Of a stretch of DNA of 32,000 nt, positions 21,533 to 32,000 are shown piece after piece. The stretch is from Wallemia ichthyophaga EXF-994. Lineage: Eukaryota > Fungi > Basidiomycota. The translations under genes and the position numbers were made by a program. Location of the stretch: positions 53,865 to 85,864 of the forward strand of contig NW_008806286.1 in the NCBI RefSeq assembly GCF_000400465.1, in the 5' to 3' direction. The notes beneath the pieces were generated by a model that saw only the letters and a list, made by a program, of their open reading frames with translations, was not told the DNA's origin and did not search any database. Within the stretch, counting starts at the first letter, position 1; every line of letters starts with the position of its first letter.

Positions 21533-22291
21533 ATGAAGCAAATACGAAATTTAAGCCGGATGCAGAAGAGTTTAAGAACATTTAATCGCTCAGATATAAA
21601 ACACGCTTTTTATAATGCAATACACGATGGTAGATCTATATCACCTTATAATATGCGTGAACTCGTATCTAGATATCTCTACAGGGACTTTGATTTCGTT
21701 TTGCAGGTACTGGGGATGTTACACAAGCACAATCAGCTCAATGTTAGTCTAATCAACCATACGATAAACCTTCTACCCGGTGCAGATCTTTTTATCCGGT
21801 TAAACGAGCTCAAACAGCTCAATATCGGAATAGAAAGCTACAACACAGCCCTCAAGCGTCTTAGTGGGATTAGTAGAGAACAATGCGTTGAATTGTTCGA
21901 TACTCTGGCTGCTGCGAACGTCGTCAACAGCAATTCATACAAATACGTCGTCAAAAGCATCTTAAACTACCCGATAAACACTTCTCGCGATTATGTCATT
22001 GTTAAGCGTCTCTATCAACACATAGACACTTTAGACGAGACTTTGGTTCACCGGCTGATCGAACTTTTCACGATCGTCGACGACGCTCACAATGTTAAGC
22101 TGCTATACGACAAGCACAAGCTTTTAATAGACAATATATCATTATTCAAGGTAGTAAATTACTTTACACGTGTGGATATTAATCTCGCTAGGTGTATACT
22201 GGATGAGTGGTTGCGGTTCAATCAAACGACCCCCTCAATGGAGCTGCTTGAATTGAAATTATCACGCTCACAGCTAGCTGAGAGTGGCTAG
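21533..22291 (+). CDS. Helical-repeat (PPR-like) protein, possibly mitochondrial
   Basis: 252-aa intronless ORF. Basic N-terminus MKQIRNLSRMQKSLRTF. ESYNTALKRLS...CVELFDTL and SYKYVVKSIL resemble PPR helices. Confidence 0.5.
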   Translation: MKQIRNLSRMQKSLRTFNRSDIKHAFYNAIHDGRSISPYNMRELVSRYLYRDFDFVLQVLGMLHKHNQLNVSLINHTINLLPGADLFIRLNELKQLNIGIESYNTALKRLSGISREQCVELFDTLAAANVVNSNSYKYVVKSILNYPINTSRDYVIVKRLYQHIDTLDETLVHRLIELFTIVDDAHNVKLLYDKHKLLIDNISLFKVVNYFTRVDINLARCILDEWLRFNQTTPSMELLELKLSRSQLAESG

Positions 22292-23037
22292 TCGTATTGG
22301 ATGTGGTCTGCCCATATTGAATCGATCGAGCGGCTGCATATTGAAACTGTGTTGTTTCTCATCTTTGAAAGTAACCAGCGGGATATTCTCTTGATGGATA
22401 TCATCAGTGTTGGCGTAGAGTATCTCATCAATAGCTTCTCCCTCATTATCAAAGCTTCCATCAAAACCTTCATGTTCTTCAGCTACTTTACCCTCTCGCA
22501 TACGATTTCTCCCCTCTTCTGCCTTCACTTGACGCTCTACCTCATCTCTCACCTCGTTACGGTCCCTTGTACCCATTTCATCCACTTCCCCTTCAGCTTC
22601 AGTTATGTTGAATTGGTGTGGGTGTTTCTCCACTTTGACAAAAGGCGCACGATGTTTGATGAGTATGAAGAGGCGCTTGAAGACCCAGAAACCGAAAAAA
22701 GTTAGTCCACAGGGAGCTGTGGAGGGTAAGTGATGTTGGTGGTAATCAGCACGTCTCATTCTATCATCGCTCTCCACCCACATAGAATTATAAGCGCTTT
22801 GATCGGCGGCGTCATTTTCAGATCGTACCCACAAAGAACACTGCTAAGTTGGTAGATTGGAATTATTGTACTTTTGATGCACCTACTCTTTTGCGCATGG
22901 ATCTGAATTTAGACTGATTGCGTGTGTTGACCACGACAGACTGGATGTGATTTGAAAGGTAAATCACGCAGAAAACACAGCACACACCTTAGCAGTATCA
23001 AGCACACAGTTACAATCATGACGGTCATTGTGGTCAT
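22274..23037 (-). CDS. Orphan single-pass type I membrane protein (~202 aa); introns 22941-22987, 22844-22886, 22717-22781
   Basis: Three canonical introns restore one frame: signal peptide MTTMTVMIVTVCLILLSLSWSTHA, short ectodomain ISLNSDPCAKDSVLCGYDLK, TM IKALIILSPCGLTFFGFWVF, then KR and an acidic cytosolic tail. Confidence 0.65.
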
Positions 23038-23253
23038 TGTAATAATTACCCAATCAACTGCATTCTTTGCGCTGTTTGAATACGGTTGAACGGCGAAATC
23101 ACGTCATGTGAAGATGAAATACGTAAAGACAGGTTATAATGTCATTCATAGCATCGTATTATAAGCAATAAATTACAATTTAGCATTAAAGGTACTGGGA
23201 TTGATTAGTGGGAATGTGAGTCAGGGGCACGTACGCACAATCTGCCAAATTGC

Positions 23254-24060
23254 TTACTTGGTAGCATCATCGAAGCGCTTAGCGGTTTCAGCTGGGATAG
23301 ACTGTTAGAGAGGAACACCAAAAAACACCGCACTCACCCCAGTTAATGACGTTGAAAATGGCGTTGAGGTAATCTGGCTTGACGTTCTTGTATTGGAGGT
23401 AGAAAGCGTGTTCCCAGATGTCAATACCAAAGAGTGGGACGTGTGGGGGAGTAACAGGGTCTTGGTTTGCGGTGGTCACCACTTCGATGCGCTTATTCTT
23501 GGAGTTGAGGGCGAGCCATCCCCAGCCAGAGCCTTGGATACCAGCAGTAGCGGCGGTGACTTCCTTCTTCATGTTTTCGTAACCGCCGAGGTCGCGCTCA
23601 ACTGCCTTGGCGAATGCTGAGCCTTCTGGGTACTTGGCTTCTGCCGAGTTGGCTGGAGCGAGGTTCTTCCAGAAGAGAGAGTGGTTGATGTGGCCACCGC
23701 CATTGAACTTAAGTGCTGCTTGAAGGGCGATCTGTGACTTTACGTCTTTGGCAGATTGTGCTTCTGCGAGACTCTTCTCTGCGCCGTTGAGGGCGTTAAC
23801 GTAGCTGAAGAGGGGGTATTAGCGGGTTTGCGGTATAGAATTGACAGCCACTCACGTCTGGTGGTGCTTGGTGTGGTGGATAGTCTGTTTCCGTTAGTTG
23901 GTGTCTTCTGCGCCAATTCTCTCTTCTCACCATCTACAGCGCAAACAGCGCACACGTCAGCAGCGTCAAATAGAGTCAAAGATCCACTCACAATCTCCTC
24001 GCAGATGAATGGCTCAAGTGCGTTGTATGCATATGGTAATTGTGGGAGTGTGTGTGCCAT
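23254..24060 (-). CDS. Manganese superoxide dismutase without mitochondrial presequence; 5 exons incl. 3-nt microexon (introns 23934-23991, 23885-23930, 23805-23855, 23292-23337)
   Basis: Spliced [23 protein letters not shown]|M|[10 protein letters not shown]|[33 protein letters not shown] and [15 protein letters not shown] and NQD are Mn-type signatures. Confidence 0.95.
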
Positions 24061-24156
24061 TTTTCACGTGGTTGTTTCGGTGTAAGAGGTTATTAATCAT
24101 GATGACCTCATTTGGGTGTTAAAAATTGCATCATCAGCGTATAGTTTGTTGTGTTT

Positions 24157-24257
24157 CTAGTCCACGCTTCATTTTTACTAGTCTTTCCCGTACCTTTACT
24201 AGCTCCTTCAATTATCCTAGTCGACACTTCAGTTTCACTAGTCGACGCTGATATTCA
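24157..24257. repeat. Degenerate 21-bp tandem array, 5 units, each starting with CTAG
   Basis: CTAG at 24157, 24178, 24199, 24217 and 24238 (spacing 21, 21, 18, 21). Units share CTAGTC...CTTCA..TT. Confidence 0.75.
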
Positions 24258-24385
24258 TTCGTTCAACTGAAATACATAAGCTCTTTGCTCGATTTAAATT
24301 GCTTAAATGGTTGGATTCCAGTAAATATTTCACATCTCCACTTCTTTTGCTCCTTCTCGCCTTCTTTTTCCGTTTTACACCGGCA

Positions 24386-26463
24386 ATGCCATCATCCTGG
24401 AAAGAGAAAGCGCTTAACAAGCGGAGCATACGCGATGGGCAGATACGTGGGGTGCTTGACAGGCTGCAGGGCGGTGGGCACGAAGACAGCCTCGATACCG
24501 CCATCCGTTCGCTTACCGGTGGGTGGATTACACTCCCAGATAGGGTCACTGACAAACCCCACTACACACAGCCACGGCTCTTGCTGGCAGAATAGCAGCC
24601 AAGGAATACACAGCCACGCGTGTCCTCGAAGCCTACATTCGCGGCAGTGTTGCGGCGCATGAGCGCACAAATTGTCTCACTGAGGGTATGTCCGGGTGAG
24701 CACTGATATCTGTCCTCAATGTTCCCGCAGTCCTCTACGAACGCGCCCTCGAAACGGCTACCCAACTCGACGAGCACTTGGCCCGCACCGGCGCCACTGT
24801 CGGCCCGCTTCACGGTGTGCCCATCAGCGTGAAGGACGTTGTCCAGGTGAAAGACGTCGACTCTACATTAGGCTTTACAAAGTGGGTGTGGAGGTGCGCG
24901 TGGTGTTGGAGTGCTGTCTAAACAAATGAACACAGCTGGATCGGCAACCGAGCCGCGGACGACGCAGCTATCGTCAAGATACTCGTTCATGCCGGTGCGG
25001 TCCCCCTCGTCAAAACCAACATACCGCAGACGATGCTCTCGTTCGAATGCTCCAACCCTCTCTGGGGAAGGACTGTGCATCCGCACAACAGCGCATACAC
25101 CAGCGGAGGCAGCTCTGGCGGCGAGGCGGCACTTCTCGCCTGTCACGGGTCTGCTGCTGGTATAGGTACTGATATCGGAGGTGCGCAAAATGCACCACAC
25201 CGCCTTGACGTACACCTAATCACCAATTGCAGGCTCCTTGCGCATCCCCACCGGCTATTGCGGCCTTTACTCGATAAAGCCGGGCTGCGGTAGATGGCCT
25301 TACAGCGGCATGCAGCGTGAGTGGTGGAGTGATCCATTTTGTCCTTGATTTTCATTTCTCACCTCTTACCTTGACTCTCATCAGCATTGGTAGCAGGATT
25401 CGAAGGAATAAAGGCGGGGCTGGGCCCAATGGCGCGGAGTGTGGTAGATTTAGAGCTGATAGCTCGCGCCGTGCTCGACTCACCCATCAAGTTGAATGTC
25501 TCAGAAGGGTCACTCGCGCCTGTGCCGTATCGCCCCATAAACCTTCCCCAAAAGCTGCGTTTCGGGTACTACGCCGACAGCAACTTTGTCCGCTCATCGC
25601 CGGCTATGCGTAGAGGAGTGTTCGAGACAATCGACAAGATGCGCGAAGCGGGTCACGAATGCATCGATGTTGGCCCAGTTGATGCTGAGTCAGCGCTAGA
25701 GATATTCGTCGCTCTCTCGGCAGCTGATGGTTTCAACACCCTTATGGAACCACTTGGCGATGATCCGCGCGAACCTGCCCTCTTCCTCGTCGGACTGGGT
25801 GCTAGTCTACCCTGGCCTGTGCGCAAGATGGCAGGGTGGCTCTTAGAGACATTTACGCCTAATAGCGGGTTCGCACGCGCTTTGAGACAGTCGGGTGCCA
25901 AGACCGTGCACGACTACTGGGCGTGGACGGCGAAACGCGACGATTTCGCCAGTCAGTTCAGAAAGGAGGTGAGTGGAGTGGTATTGGTGTGTATTGCATT
26001 GACAGTATCAGGTCTTTCACAAACATAACCTAGACGGCCTCATCGCACCCCTGCAAGCATTACCGAATGTACCGCACACTCTCACCAAGTACCTCAACCT
26101 GATCGCGGCAGATACTGTGCTATACAATGTTACCGATAGCAGTGAGTGGATTCTGTTGTAGGGTAGGGTACATACTGCTAACAGCCTTTCACAGCCGTGG
26201 GGATAGTACCTGTGGGCAAGGTAGATAAGGAGAGGGATCAGCTTCCTGCAGCTTACGCACCCGGTAAGGGATGCAGAGCGCAGTTGCTGGAGGATCGGAT
26301 GTATGGAGGGAAGGAGCCGGTGTACAATGCAGACAAAATGGATGGACTGCCTCTGGCTGTGCAGATAGTCACGGAAAAGGCATTTGAGGATGAAAAGGTG
26401 ATTGAGCTGATGAAAGTGGTGGATGGGGCAGTGAATGGATCAAGTAAAGGCGTATCAGAATAA
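24386..26463 (+). CDS. Amidase signature family (acetamidase/FAAH-like); 7 introns
   Basis: Spliced MPSSWKEKA..., RTNCLTE|V, GPLHGVPISVKD (catalytic Lys), KTNIPQTMLSFECSNPLWG, SGGSSGGE, GTDIG|GSLRIP (Ser-cisSer-Lys triad) and GLPLAVQIV. Confidence 0.92.
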
Positions 26464-26619
26464 ACACTCAAAATACATTAAAACACTTGGAAACATTGTA
26501 AAAGGAATTTTCATTTTATTTTTCTCGCTCGCTCTTATCGACATAGATACGACAGAGGCTGTCCATCACGTCGTCGCCGCCAACAGCGCAAACAAGTAAA
26601 TTAAAAAATAAAATAAAAT

Positions 26620-28448
26620 ATGGGAGCTTGTGTTAGTTGCTGTATTGCACGCCAGCAGGGGGAGGAGTATAGCCAGCTTCTACTGGACAGCGAGAGAGAC
26701 GCAGTAGCAGAATGTGGGTGGATGTATTGCATATAGAATGAACTCAACTGAGGGAAAAACAGTACTGGCATATCTTGAGAACAGAGATAATGTGCCTTGG
26801 TTCGATGAGCAGGATGAGGATTCGACGGGATCGCCGCTGGGAGCATTGACGACGCTGGCGTATTCAGTAGGTTTGAATTGCAAGCGTATTTGAAGTACTC
26901 TGATCAATTCTAGTCAAACGTTGACTTACAACGCTCCGCCGCTCTCGCTTTCGCTGAAATTACGGAAAAGGAGGTTAGACAAGTCGGAAGGGATACGCTG
27001 GAGCCTCTATTATACCTCCTAGCCAATCACGATACAGAAGTACAAAGAGCTTCCTCAGCTGCTTTAGGTAATTTGGCTGTGAATACAGACAATAAGCTGC
27101 TCATAGTTAGGTTAGGCGGGATCGAACCTCTCATCCGCCAAATGCTCAGCCCAAACGTTGAAGTTCAATGTAATGCTGTTGGCTGCGTTACAAACCTAGC
27201 CACACACGACGAAAATAAGACTAAGATTGCGAAATCTGGTGCACTCGTTCCTCTCACTAGACTGGCTAGATCTAAAGATATGCGTGTTCAGCGGAATGCT
27301 ACAGGCGCTTTACTCAACATGACACATTCAGGTGGGTCATGTATTCCCCACTTTACTTTCATTTACGCCAATTTTCAGACGAAAATCGTCAGCAACTAGT
27401 CAATGCTGGTGCTATACCCGTGCTTGTGTCCTTATTGGCCTCTCCAGATACTGATGTTCAATACTATTGTACTACAGCTTTATCAAATATCGCTGTAGAC
27501 GTTAATAATAGGAAACGCTTATCTCAAAACGAGCCAAAGCTGGTTAATTCACTCGTAGCACTAATGGAATCACCTTCGCTTAAAGTTCAATGTCAATCAG
27601 CACTTGCATTGAGAAATTTGGCATCTGATGAGAAATATCAAGTTGAAATAGTGCGTAATGGAGGGTTACCACCGCTATTACGTCTATTAAGATCTTCATT
27701 CCTCCCACTCATACTGAGTGCAGCAGCATGCGTTAGAAACGTATCAATACATCCAGCAAATGAAGCACCAATAATTGATGGAGGGTTTTTACAGCCATTA
27801 ATAGATTTACTTGGATTTGGAGAGAATGAGGAGGTACAATGTCACGCTATTAGTACTTTGCGCAATCTAGCAGCATCAAGTGAGCGAAACAAAGGAGCGA
27901 TAGTAAGAGCGGGAGCGGCAAGAAGAGTGAGAGATTTAGTTAGGGAAGCACCAATGGCAGTACAGTCAGAAATGACAGCATGCGCGGCAGTCTTAGCGCT
28001 GAGTGATGATCTCAAGAGCACACTGCTTGATATGGGCATGTGTGAATGCCTTATACCATTAACAGGCTCACAGAGTGTGGAAGTGCAAGGAAATTCAGCA
28101 GCAGCACTTGGAAATCTATCAAGCAAGGCGGAAGACTATACGATATTCAACGAAGTATGGATGAAGCCAGAAGGAGGATTACATGGGTACTTGGTGAGAT
28201 TCTTGGGTAGTCCAGATAACACATTCCAGCATATAGCCGTGTGGACGTTGGTGCAATTGTTGGAGAGTGGGGATACAGAGTTACTGGAGAATATCAAGCA
28301 ATCAGCGCTGATTCTCCCATTAATCAAAAGACTCTCGACGGAAGACACATCCCAGGACAACGAATCGAGCTACAGCTACGACAACGAGATGGAGGGTGAA
28401 GGGGAAATAAAAGCGCTTTCAAGGAGAATAATAGAGATAATCTCATAA
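26620..28448 (+). CDS. VAC8: Vac8 armadillo-repeat vacuolar protein; 3 introns
   Basis: MGACVSCC N-terminus (Gly2 myristoylation plus palmitoylatable Cys), LAYS|[57 protein letters not shown]|DENRQQL and further ARM repeats. Confidence 0.95.
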
Positions 28449-28537
28449 ATATATTTTAACAAATTAATGTGATTTTAGTGGAAATTGATTTGGTATAATT
28501 TTACAAGGCGTCGATAGATTCCCAATTCCCATCGACC

Positions 28538-30801
28538 ATGTCCTCGCCAAAGGAAATGAAGAATGTGAGTTGGGGATATTATTGAAAGCCTCATCTAACT
28601 CACAGCAGCCACAGATATTAGAAGCTAAGCGTATAGAGCATGAGCTGGAGCGTGAGCGTCAGAGGAAGATGTTCGACCAGGAAATGAAAAGGCTGGAGGA
28701 TGAGCATAAAAAGGAAGAACAGCAGCTACTATCCTCTAGCAGCTGTCCTTCGAGTCCACCACCGAACAAGCACCTCCTCCCAAGTTACATGGACTCAAGA
28801 AGATATTCTGATGATTTTGATTTCGAGGACGATGACAAATTTCCTGTTCTGATTAAAGATATCGATGGCAAGTTCAATACAAAGCTGTCGATTTCGCGTC
28901 CTCCTTCCACAAACTCAAGATTTTACGATTTAGACTTCAATATTCCTAATAACCCTCCATATCCACTTACATCACCTAATCCTCCTTCTAGCCATGGTCA
29001 TGGTCATAGTAACAATAACAGTAGAAGGTCTTTGACCCCGAATCAATCCCATTCCAAGTCACAGTCACAGTCACAGTCACAATCACAGTCTCACTCCCAG
29101 TCTCACTCTCAAAACACCTCAAATAAGGTCGATAACGATTTAAATCGCTTCATTGGCGTTAAACTTGAGGACATTAAGGGTGAAATCTATAACCTCTGCA
29201 AAGACCAACATGGCTGTCGTTACTTGCAGAAAAAGTTGGAAGATGATGATCCACTTGATGATTTGGTTGATGGCGTTAAATTAACATCCAGACAACTCAT
29301 CTTCAATCAAATCTATACTCACTTCTCTGAACTGATGACTGATCCATTCGGTAATTATCTCTGTCAGAAATTATTGGAATTTGCAAACGATCAACAACGA
29401 GACACGCTCTGTGAAACTGTGTCCCCCGAATTGGTTACCATATCTCTAAACATGCACGGTACTCGTGCCGTTCAAAAAATGATTGATTACCTCTCAACCA
29501 GAAGACAAATCAACACCATCATCATGAGCTTATCTTTAAACGTTGTCACTTTGATTAAAGATTTAAATGGTAATCACGTCATTCAAAAGTGCCTCAATAG
29601 ACTCATCCCTAACGATAATCAATTCATTTACAACGCCGTCGCTTCAAATTGTATTGAAGTCGCCACTCATAGACATGGTTGTTGTGTCTTACAAAGATGC
29701 ATCGATCATGCTTCTGATCAACAGCGTATTCAATTAGTTACCGAGATTACTTTCCACGCTCTCACCCTTATTCAAGACCCTTTCGGTAATTACGTCGTAC
29801 AATACGTTCTTGATTTGAACGATAATAGGTTCAGTGACGGCGTCGTTAGACAATTCCTTGGTCATATTTGTGCCTTGTCAGTACAAAAGTTCTCTTCAAA
29901 TGTTATTGAGAAGTGTATTAGAGTTGCTGATGCTTCAACTCGCTCAAGTGTAATAGATGAACTCAATCATCGCCCTCGTCTCGAAAAGTTACTTCGTGAC
30001 GCTTTTGGAAATTATGTTGTACAAACAGCCCTAGATTTTGCTGAACCAGTTCAAAGGATTGCTTTAGTTGAAGCAATTAGACCCATCTTACCAATGATTA
30101 GAAACACTCCATACGGAAAACGTATTCAATCCAAACTACAAAGAGCTTCCATGTTTATCAGAGACAGCTCTGATCCTACTTTTGGTTTAAGAGCTGCCGG
30201 TCCGCCTGGTGTAAACAATGGCGGTGGATTCAGGAGTGCTTCTGCCTCCAATTTCAGCGGTGGACACTCTCCATCCTTGTTAGGTATGGGTAGGAGTGTA
30301 TCGTCGCACGGATTAGACTATCAATCTCTCTCGACACCATTTTTGAACGTAGACAATCACTCAAACACTGCATTAGCTGCTGCTGCCCATCATCAACATG
30401 CTCAACAATTAGCTGCACTTGCGAATGTCAATGTATCTTCACCTAGTGTTGGTGGTGTCGGTGGTTTGGGTGGTGTTAGTGGGATGAACAGCATGAATGG
30501 CGTAAATGGTGTGAATGGAATCAATGGTGATAGTAGATTAGTCCATCCAATCAACCTCACCAGTCCAATCAATTTGGGTACAATGAATGCTGCTGCTGCA
30601 AACGTTCAAGCTCAACACGCTCAACATGCTCAACACGCTCCTCAGGCGCAACCTGGATTTGATTACTTTTTCTCTCCAGCTGCACCAGCTGCTCAGCACC
30701 CGACGCACCCTACACACGCAACGCACGCAACGCACAACAACTTGGACACCCCGAATAACTCTAATCCATACTCGGCTGCCTTCTCGACGCCTTATATATA
30801 A
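28538..30801 (+). CDS. Pumilio/PUF RNA-binding protein, Puf4-type; intron 28565-28605
   Basis: MSSPKEMKN|QPQ via a 41-nt intron. Eight PUF repeats with recognition triplets CRQ, NYQ, TRQ, NHQ, CCQ, NYQ, SNE, NYQ, matching the Puf4 pattern. Low-complexity flanks. Confidence 0.9.
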
Positions 30802-30972
30802 TAGTCTCTCTCATTCTCCCCTGTAATCTGACTTGGTTGTTGTAGAAAAAACTCAATCCTTGTTATAAAGTATAAGTATCAGTATAAATGTGTTCTTTTT
30901 ATTAGGATGTATTTGCACGCTCTATGATTGTAACCATCACTGCGTATAAGTAGACTTGGACGCAAAATTTCA

Positions 30973-31744
30973 ATGTCCGATCATAGCCTACGGGAAACGC
31001 TGCAATTCGTGTTAGGCGAGGTGGCCATACTGCACAGGGAGGTCAACAGTCTGCGCGAAGAACTGGGCGAGTTGAAGCGTGAGCACAGAGGTGCGATGGC
31101 GCCGCTACCTATGAGCAGCATAGAGGATGTGGCGTCGACCCCAACAAACATAAACATGAACATGACTATGAGTCAGGACACTCAGGACCCTCACCACACT
31201 CGACCGCACGACCAACCACTATTAACTCAGGAAGAAGACCAAGACGCACTGAACAGACTACGCCAGCTATTACAGCCGCAGAAAGCCACACTGAAGCCAA
31301 CCAACGACAGCGTCACAGAGCTGTACGAGGAATACGAGCGCGGCATCCACGGTAACCCTTCCCTCAGAGCTCTCGAAAGCGCTTTCGGCAACACGTGGCG
31401 TAGCGCACCTGCCACTAATATGGCCTACAGTCGCAGATTGGTCGTTGTGCGCGAAATTGAAAAACGTGCTAGAGATTACGCTCATTGCGATGGCAGACGC
31501 GATGCGCTCGTTGACGACACTTATATTTATAGAGCCATTAACGAACTAGAGGACGAGCGTAGGTCGAGCAAATTGCGCATGCACGCTTTTATTCAGCGCC
31601 TTAAGAATAAAAGAGACGGTGGTGAGTGGATGGATGTCTGGCCGGCTCGCTGGCTGGCAACCTGGGATGTATTTCTTACGTGCTGCAGATAAGAAAACTC
31701 GCAAATCTCGACCGAAAGATGTGCAAGGCGACCATGGTGCGTGA
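30973..31744 (+). CDS. GCR1_C-domain DNA-binding protein (Gcr1/Msn1/Hot1-like) with N-terminal coiled coil; intron 31622-31688
   Basis: SVTELYEEYERGIHGNPSLRALESAFGNTWRS...YSRRLVVVREI fits the GCR1_C pattern (V.DLW.EW..G....PSI..LE..YG..WR...YSRR). A GTGAGT..CAG intron gives the basic end DKKTRKSRPKDVQGDHGA*. Confidence 0.75.
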
Positions 31745-31945
31745 CTTATCTGAGAGTTTGGATACACCTCACACTGCACAGATACACACTCACACACTTC
31801 TAAGAAGATTAGATTGTAATGTTAATTTGTAACTTTATTCATTTTGAAGCAACCAAACGCAGAATCTGCACCATTTAAGTCTTAAGTCATCTATGATATT
31901 TGTACATAACAATAAATTACAGGATGGAATGGAGGCCAGGCCAAT

Positions 31946-32000
31946 TTATTGACCAAAACCGTAGAGCACTCTTCCTTGGCGCTTGAGGGCATATACGACG
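31946..32000 (-). CDS. Histone H4, 3' end only (runs off window)
   Basis: The reverse strand reads VVYALKRQGRVLYGFGQ*, versus canonical VVYALKRQGRTLYGFGG*. Confidence 0.9.
   Translation of the reverse strand, partial: VVYALKRQGRVLYGFGQ

Noticed and set aside
24157-24257. CRISPR-like interpretation of the CTAG array
   Set aside because: Eukaryotic context, units too short and degenerate, no unique 30-40 bp spacers and no cas genes.
31745-31945. Puf-binding UGUA elements in local 3' UTRs (e.g. TGTACATA near 31903), and a histone stem-loop
   Set aside because: UGUA-type words are common in AT-rich UTRs and matches to the Puf4 consensus are imperfect. No metazoan-type histone stem-loop is present or expected in fungi.

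Overview
Eukaryotic (fungal) DNA, not prokaryotic. It is very gene-dense, with 22 complete protein-coding genes plus the 3' end of a histone H4 gene. Introns are very short GT-AG introns (mostly 41-67 nt, with CTAAC/CTGAC branch points) and intergenic gaps are often under 150 bp. The proteins look basidiomycete-like, and the compactness is most consistent with a Wallemia-type genome (inference, not confirmed). The ORF track splits or mis-starts many genes because of introns and TTG/GTG starts, so I re-spliced them by hand. Gene order: SSZ1(+), ETR1(-), PXMP4(-), Gfo/Idh/MocA oxidoreductase(-), PEP4(+), TCP11/SOK1-like(+), CipC-like(-), CBK1(-), SDA1(-), Trm140/METTL2-like(+), SAP-domain protein(-), microbial rhodopsin(-), RAD14/XPA(+), disordered S/TQ-rich orphan(-), glucokinase/hexokinase(-), PPR-like(+), orphan type I membrane protein(-), MnSOD(-), amidase(+), VAC8(+), PUF4-like(+), GCR1_C-domain protein(+), histone H4 tail(-). 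No tRNA, rRNA, CRISPR array or intact transposon is visible. The main oddities are: a rhodopsin with the retinal lysine but an unusual E-T-T motif, head-to-head with the XPA gene; a 3-nt ATG microexon in a presequence-less MnSOD; a 21-bp-phased CTAG repeat array in the SOD/amidase promoter; divergent start codons only 24 bp apart; overlapping convergent CDSs; a divergent H4 C-terminus; and a GCR1_C (Crypton-related) protein. Most of the window is ordinary housekeeping content. I cannot demonstrate a new multi-gene system; the rhodopsin-RAD14 unit is the best candidate.
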